Source of the DNA: Synechococcus sp.
Lineage (GTDB): Bacteria; Cyanobacteriota; Cyanobacteriia; Thermostichales; PCC-7336
Assembly (NCBI GenBank): GCA_051439605.1
Contig: JBFRWN010000143.1
Coordinates: forward strand, 1-29,163
DNA: 29,163 nucleotides
Reading direction: 5' to 3'
Positions 1 to 9,263 of this stretch are shown here, piece by piece; within the stretch, counting starts at the first letter, position 1; each line of letters opens with the position of its first letter. The notes under the pieces were generated by a model that saw only the letters and a list, made by a program, of their open reading frames with translations, did no database searches and had not been told where the DNA came from. The translations under genes were made by a program, and so were the position numbers.

Positions 1-104
1 ACGCCGAACCAACCTACGTAGATGCGGTTGTCGGTGCTGGTGACCCACTCGCAGAACTGCTCCCATACGCTGCTGCTTTCGCGGCGTTGTACTAGAGTTG
101 TCAT
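1..104 (-). CDS. psbA: Photosystem II D1 protein, N-terminal part (runs off the window edge)
   Basis: Not in the ORF track. Manual minus-strand translation from ATG at 104 gives [34 protein letters not shown], the diagnostic D1 N-terminus. Confidence 0.97.
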   Translation of the reverse strand, partial: MTTLVQRRESSSVWEQFCEWVTSTDNRIYVGWFG

Positions 105-141
105 TTGAAAATTCCTGGGAAAGAAAAAAGATGATGGTGTA

Positions 142-169
142 ATTATACCTATTTGTAACGGAATGTAAA
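142..169 (-). promoter_or_regulatory. psbA promoter: -35 TTTACA, -10 TATAAT and an overlapping HLR1 (RpaB) direct repeat
   Basis: The minus strand reads TTTACATT-CC-GTTACAAA-TAGG-TATAAT. Positions 152-169 match the HLR1 consensus (G/T)TTACA(T/A)(T/A)-N2-(G/T)TTACA(T/A)(T/A) perfectly. TATAAT is at 142-147, with a 16-nt spacer from TTTACA. Confidence 0.85.
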
Positions 170-326
170 GAGCCTGAGTAAACCTGTTTTGATGTCTCTT
201 TCCCGAAGGTAGCGATCTACTGCGTTTTGGGAGGCATGCTACACGAGCAGTCCAGAAAGCGGGATAGCCAGGAACAGTTCACTCAAAATAAAGCTGGCGG
301 TGCAGTTTCATGCGGGCAGAGTCGAC

Positions 327-611
327 TTATAACGATCGGGATGGCAGCCATTCTATTAAGGGAAATCGAGCCTTCTTAGCCAAGCCTGCAAGACAAAGCT
401 TGTTGCCTTGCTCTGCTGGCACCCAGTACCTTTTGTTTTTACAGAGTTCGAAGTATTCCCCAAACGCTGGGCCTCTTCGCGATCGCCCCCAGGCGCTGTA
501 GTCCTGAGCAGCCCCCCAAATTTCGGGCTCTAGCTTGATAGTTTGGACGGCCACAATCTTGACGTTGTCCTGAAAATAATTGCGGACGGAGTCGGGTTTC
601 AGGGGTTTCAT
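327..611 (-). CDS. Hypothetical protein (94 aa)
   Basis: ATG preceded by an AGGAG SD-like motif; co-oriented between crtW and psbA; no recognised motif. Confidence 0.55.
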   Translation of the reverse strand: MKPLKPDSVRNYFQDNVKIVAVQTIKLEPEIWGAAQDYSAWGRSRRGPAFGEYFELCKNKRYWVPAEQGNKLCLAGLAKKARFPLIEWLPSRSL

Positions 612-738
612 CGAAGCTCCTGTTGCATGAGTGCTAGTTGTATCTCGCGGCGCATTCTGACTAAAGAGAGAATTTTAAGTACGGCCGCACCGATTTATAG
701 AATTCTTAATTCAGTTTTATCTCGATCTCTTCGCGATC

Positions 739-1500
739 TTAAGTAGTGGATGTCACTTTAATTGAGCCGTGCCCCACGGCTTCAGGCAATCTGTACCAGG
801 GGAGGTAGGGGTAAGCATGGTGTTCCCAGTGATATCCGAAGTGATAGCAAGCTAGCATCGAAAAGATCCTTGGAAAGTAATAGCTTCGAGCTACATGAGG
901 ATTGTCGTGGTTGCTAATTGAATAATGGGGTAGGTAAGTCCCGAAAATAAATAGCTGTATCGAACTCAGGCACCACGGAACTATCCAAAACAAAACTAAA
1001 TGAGGCAAGCTAACCTTGGCCCCAGCCACGATTGCGAACGAGATAAGACCGATTCCCATCCCCGTCAGAATCAACTGACGAGAATTTATGTAGGTGGAAA
1101 CGAACAAGCAATACCATTTGACAGCATGCCAGAGGGGACTGCTGCCCGAATCAGCATGAAAATCAGGATCGCGCGCTTGGGCTGGATAACAATGGTGCCG
1201 CCAATGCAGCTTGCGACAGGGGCCATAGGGTAAGAACCCATACATCCCTAGCGCCAGACTGCCTATCCATCTATTTTCTCGTGGATGATTTGGAAGCACG
1301 TTGTTGTGCATTGCATCGTGGGCGATCGCGAATAGCCCCGTGTGCAGAAACGTTCTGACACAAACTCCTAGTGCCAAGGCTATTGCCGAACATTCGGCTA
1401 AATCCCACGAGAACAACCACACCAAACTAGATATCCAAGCCACCGCGATTGCAGAGGAGACTTGAACGCCAACCCAATAGGCTCGGTTCCCCTTCGACAT
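739..1500 (-). CDS. crtW: Beta-carotene ketolase (CrtW type, fatty-acid-desaturase superfamily)
   Basis: Three His boxes in CrtW context: TGLFAIAHDAMH, LHWRHH..PA...DPDFH and CYHFGYHWEHH.YP..PW; also QLFIFGTYLPH. Start uncertain: the ORF is open to 1605, and ATG 1500 gives a typical ~253 aa. Confidence 0.88.
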   Translation of the reverse strand: MSKGNRAYWVGVQVSSAIAVAWISSLVWLFSWDLAECSAIALALGVCVRTFLHTGLFAIAHDAMHNNVLPNHPRENRWIGSLALGMYGFLPYGPCRKLHWRHHCYPAQARDPDFHADSGSSPLWHAVKWYCLFVSTYINSRQLILTGMGIGLISFAIVAGAKVSLPHLVLFWIVPWCLSSIQLFIFGTYLPHYSISNHDNPHVARSYYFPRIFSMLACYHFGYHWEHHAYPYLPWYRLPEAVGHGSIKVTSTT

Positions 1501-1656
1501 TGACTGCCGAGACTGTTTACATAACTCAATATTAGCCATCAAGAAATCAACTTTTGTTGCGACGCATTCTTGTAAGTGGTGTGTGCAGAGGATGCTGGAT
1601 GTCATTCACAAACAACAGTCTTGGCTTGGTCTGACATCCGGCCAGTTTTTAGTAGC

Positions 1657-2184
1657 ATGCAAAATCGACTTTCACTGTCTCCGCGCTATTTCTTAGATGA
1701 CGAATCACCTTGGCTGGTTGGAATCGATCCTGTTCGCCGCTACTGGATTCGGGTTAATGGTGATTCGTCCCGAACTATAGCGGTACCGGGGCTGTCGATC
1801 GCTTCGCTAGATGAATTCAAAAAAGCGGTTCTAAGTTTTCGCTCCCTCGAGATCGGAGCAATCCTTGCTTTGCCTACCTTCACGACTGAACCCCTGGTGA
1901 TTCAGCATTTGGCCGATAACCTCTATGCAATATCCCACCCGGTAGAAGGAGCTAGTACTTGGCATTTGTTTGATCGGGAAACCGTAGAATCCTTTTTGCT
2001 AGCAGCCCATCCTGATTGGAAATCTTCCCAGCAAGACATTAGCTTGGGACGCGATCTAATCCTTCAGTCTTGGCACCAGCCCAGCGCTGAAAAACACATC
2101 TGCACTGACATCACAGGTTTTCAAGACGGGAGAAACTCGAGCAGTTCTTCCAAAGACGCTAAAAGATCGACGCGAACCGATTGA
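1657..2184 (+). CDS. Hypothetical protein, divergent from crtW
   Basis: Long ORF with globular-protein composition; ATG at 1657 avoids overlap with the crtW frame. Confidence 0.7.
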   Translation: MQNRLSLSPRYFLDDESPWLVGIDPVRRYWIRVNGDSSRTIAVPGLSIASLDEFKKAVLSFRSLEIGAILALPTFTTEPLVIQHLADNLYAISHPVEGASTWHLFDRETVESFLLAAHPDWKSSQQDISLGRDLILQSWHQPSAEKHICTDITGFQDGRNSSSSSKDAKRSTRTD

Positions 2185-2570
2185 GTCTGGTTTTGAGGAG
2201 TAAGGGTGAAACGCCAAGCAACGTTGACATTGAAGATAAGGGCAGCTAATTTACCCTCACATCAATTTTCGGCTGAATTAACCTCACCGTTTGCTCTTAA
2301 AATCACGCAATTTCGGCAGGACACCGATAAGCGGTTTGATTTGTAGAATTTCATCACCTCAAGTTTAATTAATGTAACATAAGATTGACGAATCACTTCT
2401 GTATCTATCTAAGAACCGTTCGTTTGTCCAATCGAGATGAAAAACTCCAGATCGGAGCGAAGCACTCAATGTTTGAATAGCAACGCTAGCAAGCGAGTGC
2501 TTCATCCATAGGAGTTGACTGGTTGGCACCGTTTTACCTTTACGATTGGAATTCAAGCTGGGAAAGAGGA

Positions 2571-2837
2571 GTGGCGAAAGTGGACGCAGATCGATCGCGC
2601 ATCGTAGAAATGGCCTGGGAGGATCGCACTCCCTTCGAAGCAATTGAGGAGCAGTTCGGTTTGAAAGAAGCCGATGTCATCCGACTCATGCGGCGAGTAC
2701 TTAAACCCTCTTCGTTCAAACTTTGGCGGCAACGTGTCAGCGGTCGCAAAACGAAACACCTTCAGTTGCGATCGCCCGACGTAACGCGAGCTTACTGTCC
2801 AACACAGAGCAAGCCTCGGTCTTCTCGTTCCCGGTAA
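2571..2837 (+). CDS. TIGR03643/DUF2805-family protein
   Basis: RIVEMAWEDRTPFEAIEEQFGL.EADVI.LMR..LKPSSFKLWR.RV.GRKTKH signature; GTG start preceded by GAAAGAGGA. Confidence 0.85.
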   Translation: MAKVDADRSRIVEMAWEDRTPFEAIEEQFGLKEADVIRLMRRVLKPSSFKLWRQRVSGRKTKHLQLRSPDVTRAYCPTQSKPRSSRSR

Positions 2838-2901
2838 CTCGGTCGTGGAAACCAAATTAGATGTTCGTTAAACCTGTAAACCAGCTCGTACGGAAATTTG
2901 C

Positions 2902-3681
2902 ATGGCTGTAATTGGAGAAGACAGTGCTCGGGTTGCGCTAGTGGTGGGGGCCAGTCGCGGCATAGGCTTGGAATTCGTGCGGCAATTGCTGACGATCCCG
3001 CAATTTGAGACGGTGTGGGCCACCTACCGCACGCGAGAATCGGCAACAGGACTCTTGGAGATGGCCCAGTCAGACATGGCTGAAGGAGATCGCCTGCAGT
3101 GCCTGTCGATGGATGTCACTGACGAAGGACAAATTGCTTCGGGGTTAGTCGAAATTAAACAACAGACCAAGCACCTGCACCTCGTCGTGAATTGCGTCGG
3201 TATCTTGCACGACGACACAATGCGTCCCGAGAAAGGTCTGCGCCAACTGGAGATGGAGCAACTGACCCGATATTTCCAAACCAACAGCATCCCCTCGGCG
3301 CTGCTCGCCAAACATCTTCTACCCCTGCTGAAGCACAGAGATCGCAGCGTCTTCGCCAGCATCTCGGCCAAAGTCGGTAGCATTGGCGATAACTTTTTAG
3401 GGGGATGGTATGGCTATCGAGCCTCGAAAGCTGCGCTGAATATGTTGATGCGCACGGCAGCGATCGAATACCGCCGCAAAAGCCCTGAAACCATTATCGT
3501 TACTCTCCACCCCGGCACCACCGACACCGATTTATCCAAACCGTTTCAAAGCAATGTCCCTCCCGAAAAGCTCTTTTCCACCGAGCGGACCGTCTCGCAG
3601 TTACTCGATGTCATTTCTGGATTGGAGTTGGAAGACAGCGGCCAGTTTTTCAATTGGGACGGTCAACCTTTGCCTTGGTAG
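2902..3681 (+). CDS. Short-chain dehydrogenase/reductase, C-factor (CsgA)-like
   Basis: GASRGIG nucleotide-binding motif, SAKVGSIGDN.LGGWYGYRASKAALN (YxxxK), LHPGTTDT.LS.PF, and C-terminal F.NWDG..LPW. Confidence 0.92.
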   Translation: MAVIGEDSARVALVVGASRGIGLEFVRQLLTIPQFETVWATYRTRESATGLLEMAQSDMAEGDRLQCLSMDVTDEGQIASGLVEIKQQTKHLHLVVNCVGILHDDTMRPEKGLRQLEMEQLTRYFQTNSIPSALLAKHLLPLLKHRDRSVFASISAKVGSIGDNFLGGWYGYRASKAALNMLMRTAAIEYRRKSPETIIVTLHPGTTDTDLSKPFQSNVPPEKLFSTERTVSQLLDVISGLELEDSGQFFNWDGQPLPW

Positions 3682-3683
3682 CT

Positions 3684-3737
3684 ATGCGGGCTTTCTTCTT
3701 ATGCGGGCTCTCTGATGCGGGCTCTTTGATGAGAGCT
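3684..3737. repeat. Short imperfect tandem repeat ATGCGGGCT between convergent genes
   Basis: Copies at 3684, 3701 and 3715, plus a degenerate ATGAGAGCT at 3729. Confidence 0.6.
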
Positions 3738-4579
3738 TAAGCAGGCTTGAGACGGTCTAAATCCAACTGCATGCTATCGACGACGGTGGCGTAGCATTCT
3801 TCGACGTAATCGCGATCGCGAGCGGCGTCGGGACCGTAGCGATCGAACGTAATGGGGGCGCAAACCCGAGTCAAGATTTGAGAAGGGACGGGTAAGTGGG
3901 GTAGAGGCCCGAAGGCTAAGCCCCACGGCAGGCCGAGATAGATGGGAAATACTTCTGGATCGACGCCAAACATCCAGGGGAGCAAACCGCGTTCGTTGAG
4001 AAATTGCATTTGTTTGTAGCAATCCTCCAGGACGATGAAGGTGTCGTGAGCCCCCCAAGAAATAATCGGAATAATAGGGACTTCTTCTCGGAGAGCGACT
4101 TTGATAAAGCCCATCTGCCTGGCTAGATGAATGCGTTGGCGCATTCGATGAGGGCGAAACATATCTCGTGCCCCTCCCGGATACACCAGTACACTTCCTC
4201 CCTGCTGCAGGGCGGAAAAAGCCATTTTGGGATGTGCTTGCACTGCCCCCAACCTGGAAGCGAGTTCCGCCATCGGTCGGGCTACCTGCCAGACTTTAGG
4301 GTGCATCAAGCCGTAGATCGCCCGCTCGAAACCAAACCGTTGAAACCAGTCCACCATAAACATGGGCAAATCGGGACTGGCGATGCCGCCATTGTGGGAT
4401 CCCACGAACAGAACTCGCTCTTGAGAGTCGGTGGGAATGTTTTCCCAACCATCCGACTGAACCCGGAAGTAATAGCGATAAAGCCATTTCCACACCGGCA
4501 TCCACGTTTGGATTGTTTTTGGATCGCGGGCCTCTAGAGACCAGCCACCAAAGGGATTTGTGCGTTGCGAAGCTGCCAT
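3737..4579 (-). CDS. Lysophospholipid/DGAT2-like acyltransferase family protein
   Basis: VGSHNGG..SPD, VLVYPGG..D, GFIKVAL...VPIIP motifs; ATG at 4579 preferred over TTG at 4672. Confidence 0.85.
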   Translation of the reverse strand: MAASQRTNPFGGWSLEARDPKTIQTWMPVWKWLYRYYFRVQSDGWENIPTDSQERVLFVGSHNGGIASPDLPMFMVDWFQRFGFERAIYGLMHPKVWQVARPMAELASRLGAVQAHPKMAFSALQQGGSVLVYPGGARDMFRPHRMRQRIHLARQMGFIKVALREEVPIIPIISWGAHDTFIVLEDCYKQMQFLNERGLLPWMFGVDPEVFPIYLGLPWGLAFGPLPHLPVPSQILTRVCAPITFDRYGPDAARDRDYVEECYATVVDSMQLDLDRLKPA

Positions 4580-4945
4580 GCGAAGAAATATGAAGAAATG
4601 CTTAAGATTTATCCTAGCGCAGCAATCCTGCTCATAGGCATTTGTTTTATAGCTAGCGAGTAGAACCCACAAACGGATGGATTCATCAATGTAGTGTTTT
4701 CTCTTACAGTGCGCTGTGATGGAAAGACCCGATCCTATTCAGATGCCGGGTCTAGAGACCTTAGGATGGTTGCACTTTTTTGAAGCGTCACTACCCATCC
4801 ATGCCAAATATTGAACTATCCCAGATAAAAGGTACGTTACCAATAATGATGGTGAGCGAGCATCATCGAGGATTCGTAGAGTGTTCAACAAACTCCGCAA
4901 CTACCATCCCATCGAGATCGGAACTTTTAGTTTGAGAAACTAAGT

Positions 4946-5608
4946 CTACAGGAGCCCTCTATATCTGATGAACAATAAAATCGCAGCCCACGACCCCAGC
5001 GTCACTTTAATGGCAACCAGAATATTTAACAGTGGAATCCAGCCTCCGCTCGCTAAGTTTCCGAGTTCTCCATGCGGTAATGCAAGACCCGATAGACTGA
5101 GCAAGGCAAAGAGTATGAAGACCAGTACCGATACTTTTTCCAATGTGGCAGCGTGCCACCGTTTGTAGATCGCCTGCATCCACTTGGATGAAGAGGTAAT
5201 CGCAATCAAACCAATTGCAGTACCGCCGGCAACACCTGCCGCAAATCCACCTCCCGGACTCAGATGGCCGCGAATTGCCAGTTCGATACCAATTAATGCA
5301 GCAATCGTAGCCCCCAAGCGGGCAAGGACAATCGAGGGGTGATCGTTAAATTGGTAGACCGTACCGTGGGGTTCTTCGTCAGCCAGCAAGTAGCTCACTC
5401 CCATAATGGAAATCGAAAACACCACCACCTCGAAAATGGTGTCGTAGAGTCGATTTCGAAAAATAATTCCCGAGACGGCATTAGACACCCCCGACTCTTG
5501 CACGATCGCCTCCACAACCCCCATGCCATCAAATTCAATTCCGAAATCGGAAATGACCACCATTTTAATGTAGAAGACAATTCCAGCCAGAATGTAAACC
5601 CATTTCAT
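4946..5608 (-). CDS. mrpB: Mrp/Mnh Na+/H+ antiporter subunit B
   Basis: NAVSGIIFRNRLYDTIFE and RGHLSPGGGFAAG motifs; last gene of an overlapping operon. Confidence 0.9.
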   Translation of the reverse strand: MKWVYILAGIVFYIKMVVISDFGIEFDGMGVVEAIVQESGVSNAVSGIIFRNRLYDTIFEVVVFSISIMGVSYLLADEEPHGTVYQFNDHPSIVLARLGATIAALIGIELAIRGHLSPGGGFAAGVAGGTAIGLIAITSSSKWMQAIYKRWHAATLEKVSVLVFILFALLSLSGLALPHGELGNLASGGWIPLLNILVAIKVTLGSWAAILLFIRYRGLL

Positions 5609-6252
5609 GATTGCTGTTCGACCTTGCTAGCTTCCGATTTATTAACTGTGGGGCGATCGCCATTAGCGGAATAAATGTCCGCAAGTAGTACTTGGGGTTT
5701 CTCTAATTGAGTTTCGAGAATGTCGTAGAGGCGAGGAACGCGAGTTTGAAACTGATATCTCAGCGGCGTACGATCGGAGAACTCTTCAGAATGAGATAAC
5801 TCGTCAGCATGTGGGGACAGAATGGCGTGCACTTCCTTCGTACTCAACGCTCGCTTTAGATCGCTAGCATCTGCATAGTAGACAGGCTCCAAGCGCATGT
5901 GGTGCTGGCTACACAGCTCCCGAATTTCCGCGATCGGCGATGGTGATAATTTCTTGTGCCCGTTGGTATCTGCGAACGCGGTTTCGTCCGCCTGACGCAC
6001 TCCCACCTTGATGCTCATCGACGATCGCACCGCGATCGCGTACAGAGTAATCGACAGCATGGTGCCTACCAATGCCTCCGTCAGAGCCACATCAGCAGCC
6101 CCCAACAAGGCATAGACTAGGGCAGCGATCGCCCCCACAATCCCGCGAATAACCAATGCCTGATAGGGATTGACCTGCAGCACCAACATGAGCGATGACA
6201 GGGGCAGCAACGCCACAATCGGAATCATGACAAACAAATCATTCACGAGCAT
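5605..6252 (-). CDS. DUF4040-domain Mrp-associated subunit (MnhB-related)
   Basis: LGAADVALTEALVG motif, hydrophobic N-terminal half, ATGA coupling to mrpB. Confidence 0.85.
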   Translation of the reverse strand: MLVNDLFVMIPIVALLPLSSLMLVLQVNPYQALVIRGIVGAIAALVYALLGAADVALTEALVGTMLSITLYAIAVRSSMSIKVGVRQADETAFADTNGHKKLSPSPIAEIRELCSQHHMRLEPVYYADASDLKRALSTKEVHAILSPHADELSHSEEFSDRTPLRYQFQTRVPRLYDILETQLEKPQVLLADIYSANGDRPTVNKSEASKVEQQS

Positions 6253-6520
6253 TGCCTCCAGAGGAGCAATAAGCCAATACGTAGCCTAAAACGGTATTCC
6301 AAATCGACAGAGAAACTAACGCCAGCAATAGCAGCGGCCATTCCCTAGGAATCTTGAGAAGCAGACCAACTACAACCAGCATCGAGCCCAACGTATCTGA
6401 AATCGACAGAAAGTGCAGTTTGTACAAAATCGACCGCTCCCCCAACAGCGGAACCGTTCCGTACATCCAAAACACTAGTCCAACGGCAATGCAAGACAAA
6501 CTCAAGTAATTCACAATCAT
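6239..6520 (-). CDS. mrpG: Mrp/Mnh subunit G
   Basis: KLH.LS.SDTLGS motif, three hydrophobic segments, operon position. Confidence 0.85.
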   Translation of the reverse strand: MIVNYLSLSCIAVGLVFWMYGTVPLLGERSILYKLHFLSISDTLGSMLVVVGLLLKIPREWPLLLLALVSLSIWNTVLGYVLAYCSSGGNARE

Positions 6521-6765
6521 GCGTTAACCCTCCGAATGATATGGGCTAACAGCATTAACGCCGCATTACCAACACTTAAAATCAACACCCCCACCACCCC
6601 AATCATCCAGTCATCGCGCAAAATTGAAACCAATAAAATCATGATGGATGTCTTGCTGGAAATACTGGAAAATGCCAGCATCCGCTGCCAAATATCCTCA
6701 TCTTGATACGCCTTAAACATCGGAATCAAGAGGATGGCAAACATGACGAGTAAAGCCCAGCTCAT
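6517..6765 (-). CDS. mrpF: Mrp/Mnh subunit F
   Basis: 82-aa protein with three hydrophobic segments (WQRMLAF), between E and G with overlapping start/stop codons. Confidence 0.75.
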   Translation of the reverse strand: MSWALLVMFAILLIPMFKAYQDEDIWQRMLAFSSISSKTSIMILLVSILRDDWMIGVVGVLILSVGNAALMLLAHIIRRVNA

Positions 6766-7151
6766 TAACCCTCATCCTCCTTTATTTGATGGACTTCGTA
6801 CCAGCCATCATTGTGGTATTTCAGCACAATTGTTTTTGGGGTAAACGTAATAATAAAGATATCTAGAAAGATTAATCCAGGAGTTCGCCTGGGCCTCACC
6901 CGTTGCAGCACAATGTCCTCATGCTTGTGAGGCTGGAACATGATTACAAGTGTCTCCCAATATGCTTGAGGAACGGCGATCGCAACTTCGTATAGGGCTC
7001 TCAGCCAGTCTTTGAGTTTTGAGGAAGCAGCAAAGCCAGTTGGAATCAGTAAAGTGACGGTGATGCCGATGATGATATTGGCCAAACTGACATCTGCCGT
7101 GAGTAGAAACCAAATGGCAATCCGGAGCAGGTAGTTGAGATATTTAATCAT
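6765..7151 (-). CDS. mrpE: Mrp/Mnh subunit E
   Basis: IWFLLT...S.ANI.IG and ITFTPKT motifs; ATG at 7151 overlaps the mrpD stop (ATGA). Confidence 0.85.
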   Translation of the reverse strand: MIKYLNYLLRIAIWFLLTADVSLANIIIGITVTLLIPTGFAASSKLKDWLRALYEVAIAVPQAYWETLVIMFQPHKHEDIVLQRVRPRRTPGLIFLDIFIITFTPKTIVLKYHNDGWYEVHQIKEDEG

Positions 7152-8590
7152 GCCAACACCATCCAAAAGAGCAACGTTAACATCAGGCTCATGCCCCCAA
7201 TCAGATGGTCAAGTTGTTCTAAAATCCTCGGCAGTTTGACTGCGGCTCGCTGGAAAATCAAAATGTATGCTAGCCAGCCTAAGGCAATAGTTGCCAGCGG
7301 CTTTACAGTATTAGCCAGGGTATATGCTTCGTAATACACCACATTGGCGGCAAACAATCCACCAAGTAACAGAATAATTGCTGCCCAAAAACCAGGCTTA
7401 ACTGACCCTTCACCCCCACGAGGTAGAAAGATAAATTTAGCAAACGAAATGGCAGTTCCCAAGGCTGCAAAATTCATCCCAATCACTTGCCAGGGCAGTA
7501 AATTTTTCATAGTTAAGACCTTTGCCCCAAACCCCGATAACAGAGGGAAGCCTGAAATGGAGAAGCTAGCAGTAACCAGAGCAATCCAGATTGGCGTTGC
7601 AATCGGTATTTGTTTGAGTGCTTTTAGATTGCGACTGGGAAGATTCCCGGCAATTAGAAACAAAGCCGATTTCACAAAGCCGTGGGTTAAAGCATAAAAG
7701 CCGCCAACTTCTGGAGCGGCCATTACAAAACCCAACTGGGACACAGTGTGAAATGCCAACATACGCTTAGTGTCTTTTTCGAAGACCGCGTAGCCAACAC
7801 CCAATAGTGCTGTCCCCACCCCAAAAAAACGGACGATAGGATCGATCTCTTCCACCATTAGCGCAAATCGCGCCAACGGGAAAACACCCGCTTTAACTAC
7901 TGCTCCCGATAGCATGGCCGAGACGGGAGTATCCGATTCAGAATGGGTTAAAGGCAACCATAATCCCGAAAAAAAGATACCTCCCTTGGTTAGAAGCCCC
8001 AGAAAAATGAGCGCGATCGCTTCAATCGGTGCTCCTTGTAACCCTGAGAAGGCAAAGGTTTGACTTGACTGATAGACCAGAATTGCTCCCACTAGGTAAA
8101 ACAGCATGGCCGTATTGCTAATAAACAAATATCTCAGCCCTACCCAGATGGACTGGTCGGTTCTGACATAGGTAATTAGCAAAAATGCCGCAATGGCGAC
8201 CACTTCTAGGGCGACATAGAGGCTGATGAAATCAGAACATACAAACACCGCGTTGCAGCTGCCATGCAAGATGATGGTTTGCATGTAAAAGAAAATCGTT
8301 TTTTGGCTGGGCCAGCAGTACAGCAATACCGCGAGCGTAACAATCGCATTGGTGAGAATGAAAAAGCCGCTGAGGGAGTCCAACGTAACGGTGACCCCAA
8401 AGCTATCGATCGGCTGAAAGGTTAGAGCATCCGAGCTAATCGCTGCGGTAACCCCCACAGCAAAAGACGACAGAGCAACGACCATCGCCAACATGCGATG
8501 GGTCTGAGGAATCAGATAGACTCCAAATCCGACCAAGAACGGTAGGAAGATCCATATATTGAGAATTTCAACATTGAGGATTTCAGTCAT
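7148..8590 (-). CDS. mrpD: Mrp/Mnh subunit D (NdhD5-like antiporter subunit)
   Basis: DFISLYVALE, LWLP.TH, SAMLSG.VVK.G, KRMLAFHTVSQLG and HG..K..LF motifs of proton-translocating antiporter subunits. Confidence 0.9.
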   Translation of the reverse strand: MTEILNVEILNIWIFLPFLVGFGVYLIPQTHRMLAMVVALSSFAVGVTAAISSDALTFQPIDSFGVTVTLDSLSGFFILTNAIVTLAVLLYCWPSQKTIFFYMQTIILHGSCNAVFVCSDFISLYVALEVVAIAAFLLITYVRTDQSIWVGLRYLFISNTAMLFYLVGAILVYQSSQTFAFSGLQGAPIEAIALIFLGLLTKGGIFFSGLWLPLTHSESDTPVSAMLSGAVVKAGVFPLARFALMVEEIDPIVRFFGVGTALLGVGYAVFEKDTKRMLAFHTVSQLGFVMAAPEVGGFYALTHGFVKSALFLIAGNLPSRNLKALKQIPIATPIWIALVTASFSISGFPLLSGFGAKVLTMKNLLPWQVIGMNFAALGTAISFAKFIFLPRGGEGSVKPGFWAAIILLLGGLFAANVVYYEAYTLANTVKPLATIALGWLAYILIFQRAAVKLPRILEQLDHLIGGMSLMLTLLFWMVLA

Positions 8591-8928
8591 TAGGAATATC
8601 GTTTTTCGATGGCCTCGGTCTCTAAGGTGGGATTATCTTTTGACAGCTTCATGACTCCCACCAGCATCAATGCCTGAATCGAAAACCCAATCACAATTGC
8701 GGTCAGAATAACGGCTTGGGGAACTGGGTCCGCGTAGGCAACAGTCCTACCGGCGGTAAAGATGGGGGTGAATAAGCCGCTTCTGGCTGAAATTAAAACA
8801 AATAGAGCAACAACGCCGGTACTCATGACGTCCATAGATATGATTTTCATGATCAGGTTTTTCTTAATCAACACCCCCAAAAATCCAATCAAAATTGTCA
8901 TTAGCACCAGAGATTTAAGAAGTATCAT
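8590..8928 (-). CDS. mrpC: Mrp/Mnh subunit C
   Basis: KKNL.MKI.SMD and DPVPQAVILTAIVIGF signature; alternative ATG at 8958. Confidence 0.92.
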   Translation of the reverse strand: MILLKSLVLMTILIGFLGVLIKKNLIMKIISMDVMSTGVVALFVLISARSGLFTPIFTAGRTVAYADPVPQAVILTAIVIGFSIQALMLVGVMKLSKDNPTLETEAIEKRYS

Positions 8929-9200
8929 TTCATCAATCCATGGTGAGACAGCAAACATCCAGTGTATAAGATTTGATATCGCGTCATTTGAATTCGGTCT
9001 AATTCCCCGTTACGTATTTCTCAATTAAGCATTCAGGTGTCTAGTGGTCTTTTACAATAGCAAACCGCTGTAAGGTCGAGAGTGACAGAAAGGCTCCAGC
9101 TCTTGCATGGCAAGGAAACAAAGTCTAGAAAACTGCCTAGCGGTTTGCCCACTGCCACGAACATATGAGAAAAGATAATACCTCTAAATTGAATAAGCAA

Positions 9201-9235
9201 TGATGGCGTGCCCCCGATCGACTGACACGCCATCA
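9201..9235 (-). terminator. Stem-loop downstream of bicA (weak terminator or mRNA stabiliser)
   Basis: Perfect 10-bp inverted repeat TGATGGCGTG / CACGCCATCA; weak U-tract. Confidence 0.5.
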
Positions 9236-9263
9236 AACCGTTCAGCTCGGTTTCTGAAAAGAG

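Noticed and set aside
1..104. Assignment of psbA to a D1 subtype (high-light D1:2, rogue, far-red)
   Set aside because: Diagnostic residues such as position 130 and the Mn ligands lie outside the window.
739..1500. Alternative call as CrtR hydroxylase or fatty-acid desaturase
   Set aside because: The TGLF..AHDAMH, DPDFH and CYHFGYH.EHH contexts match CrtW ketolases better.
2361..2382. Possible HLR1 upstream of the TIGR03643 gene
   Set aside because: One perfect half-site only; the partner has three mismatches in AT-rich sequence.
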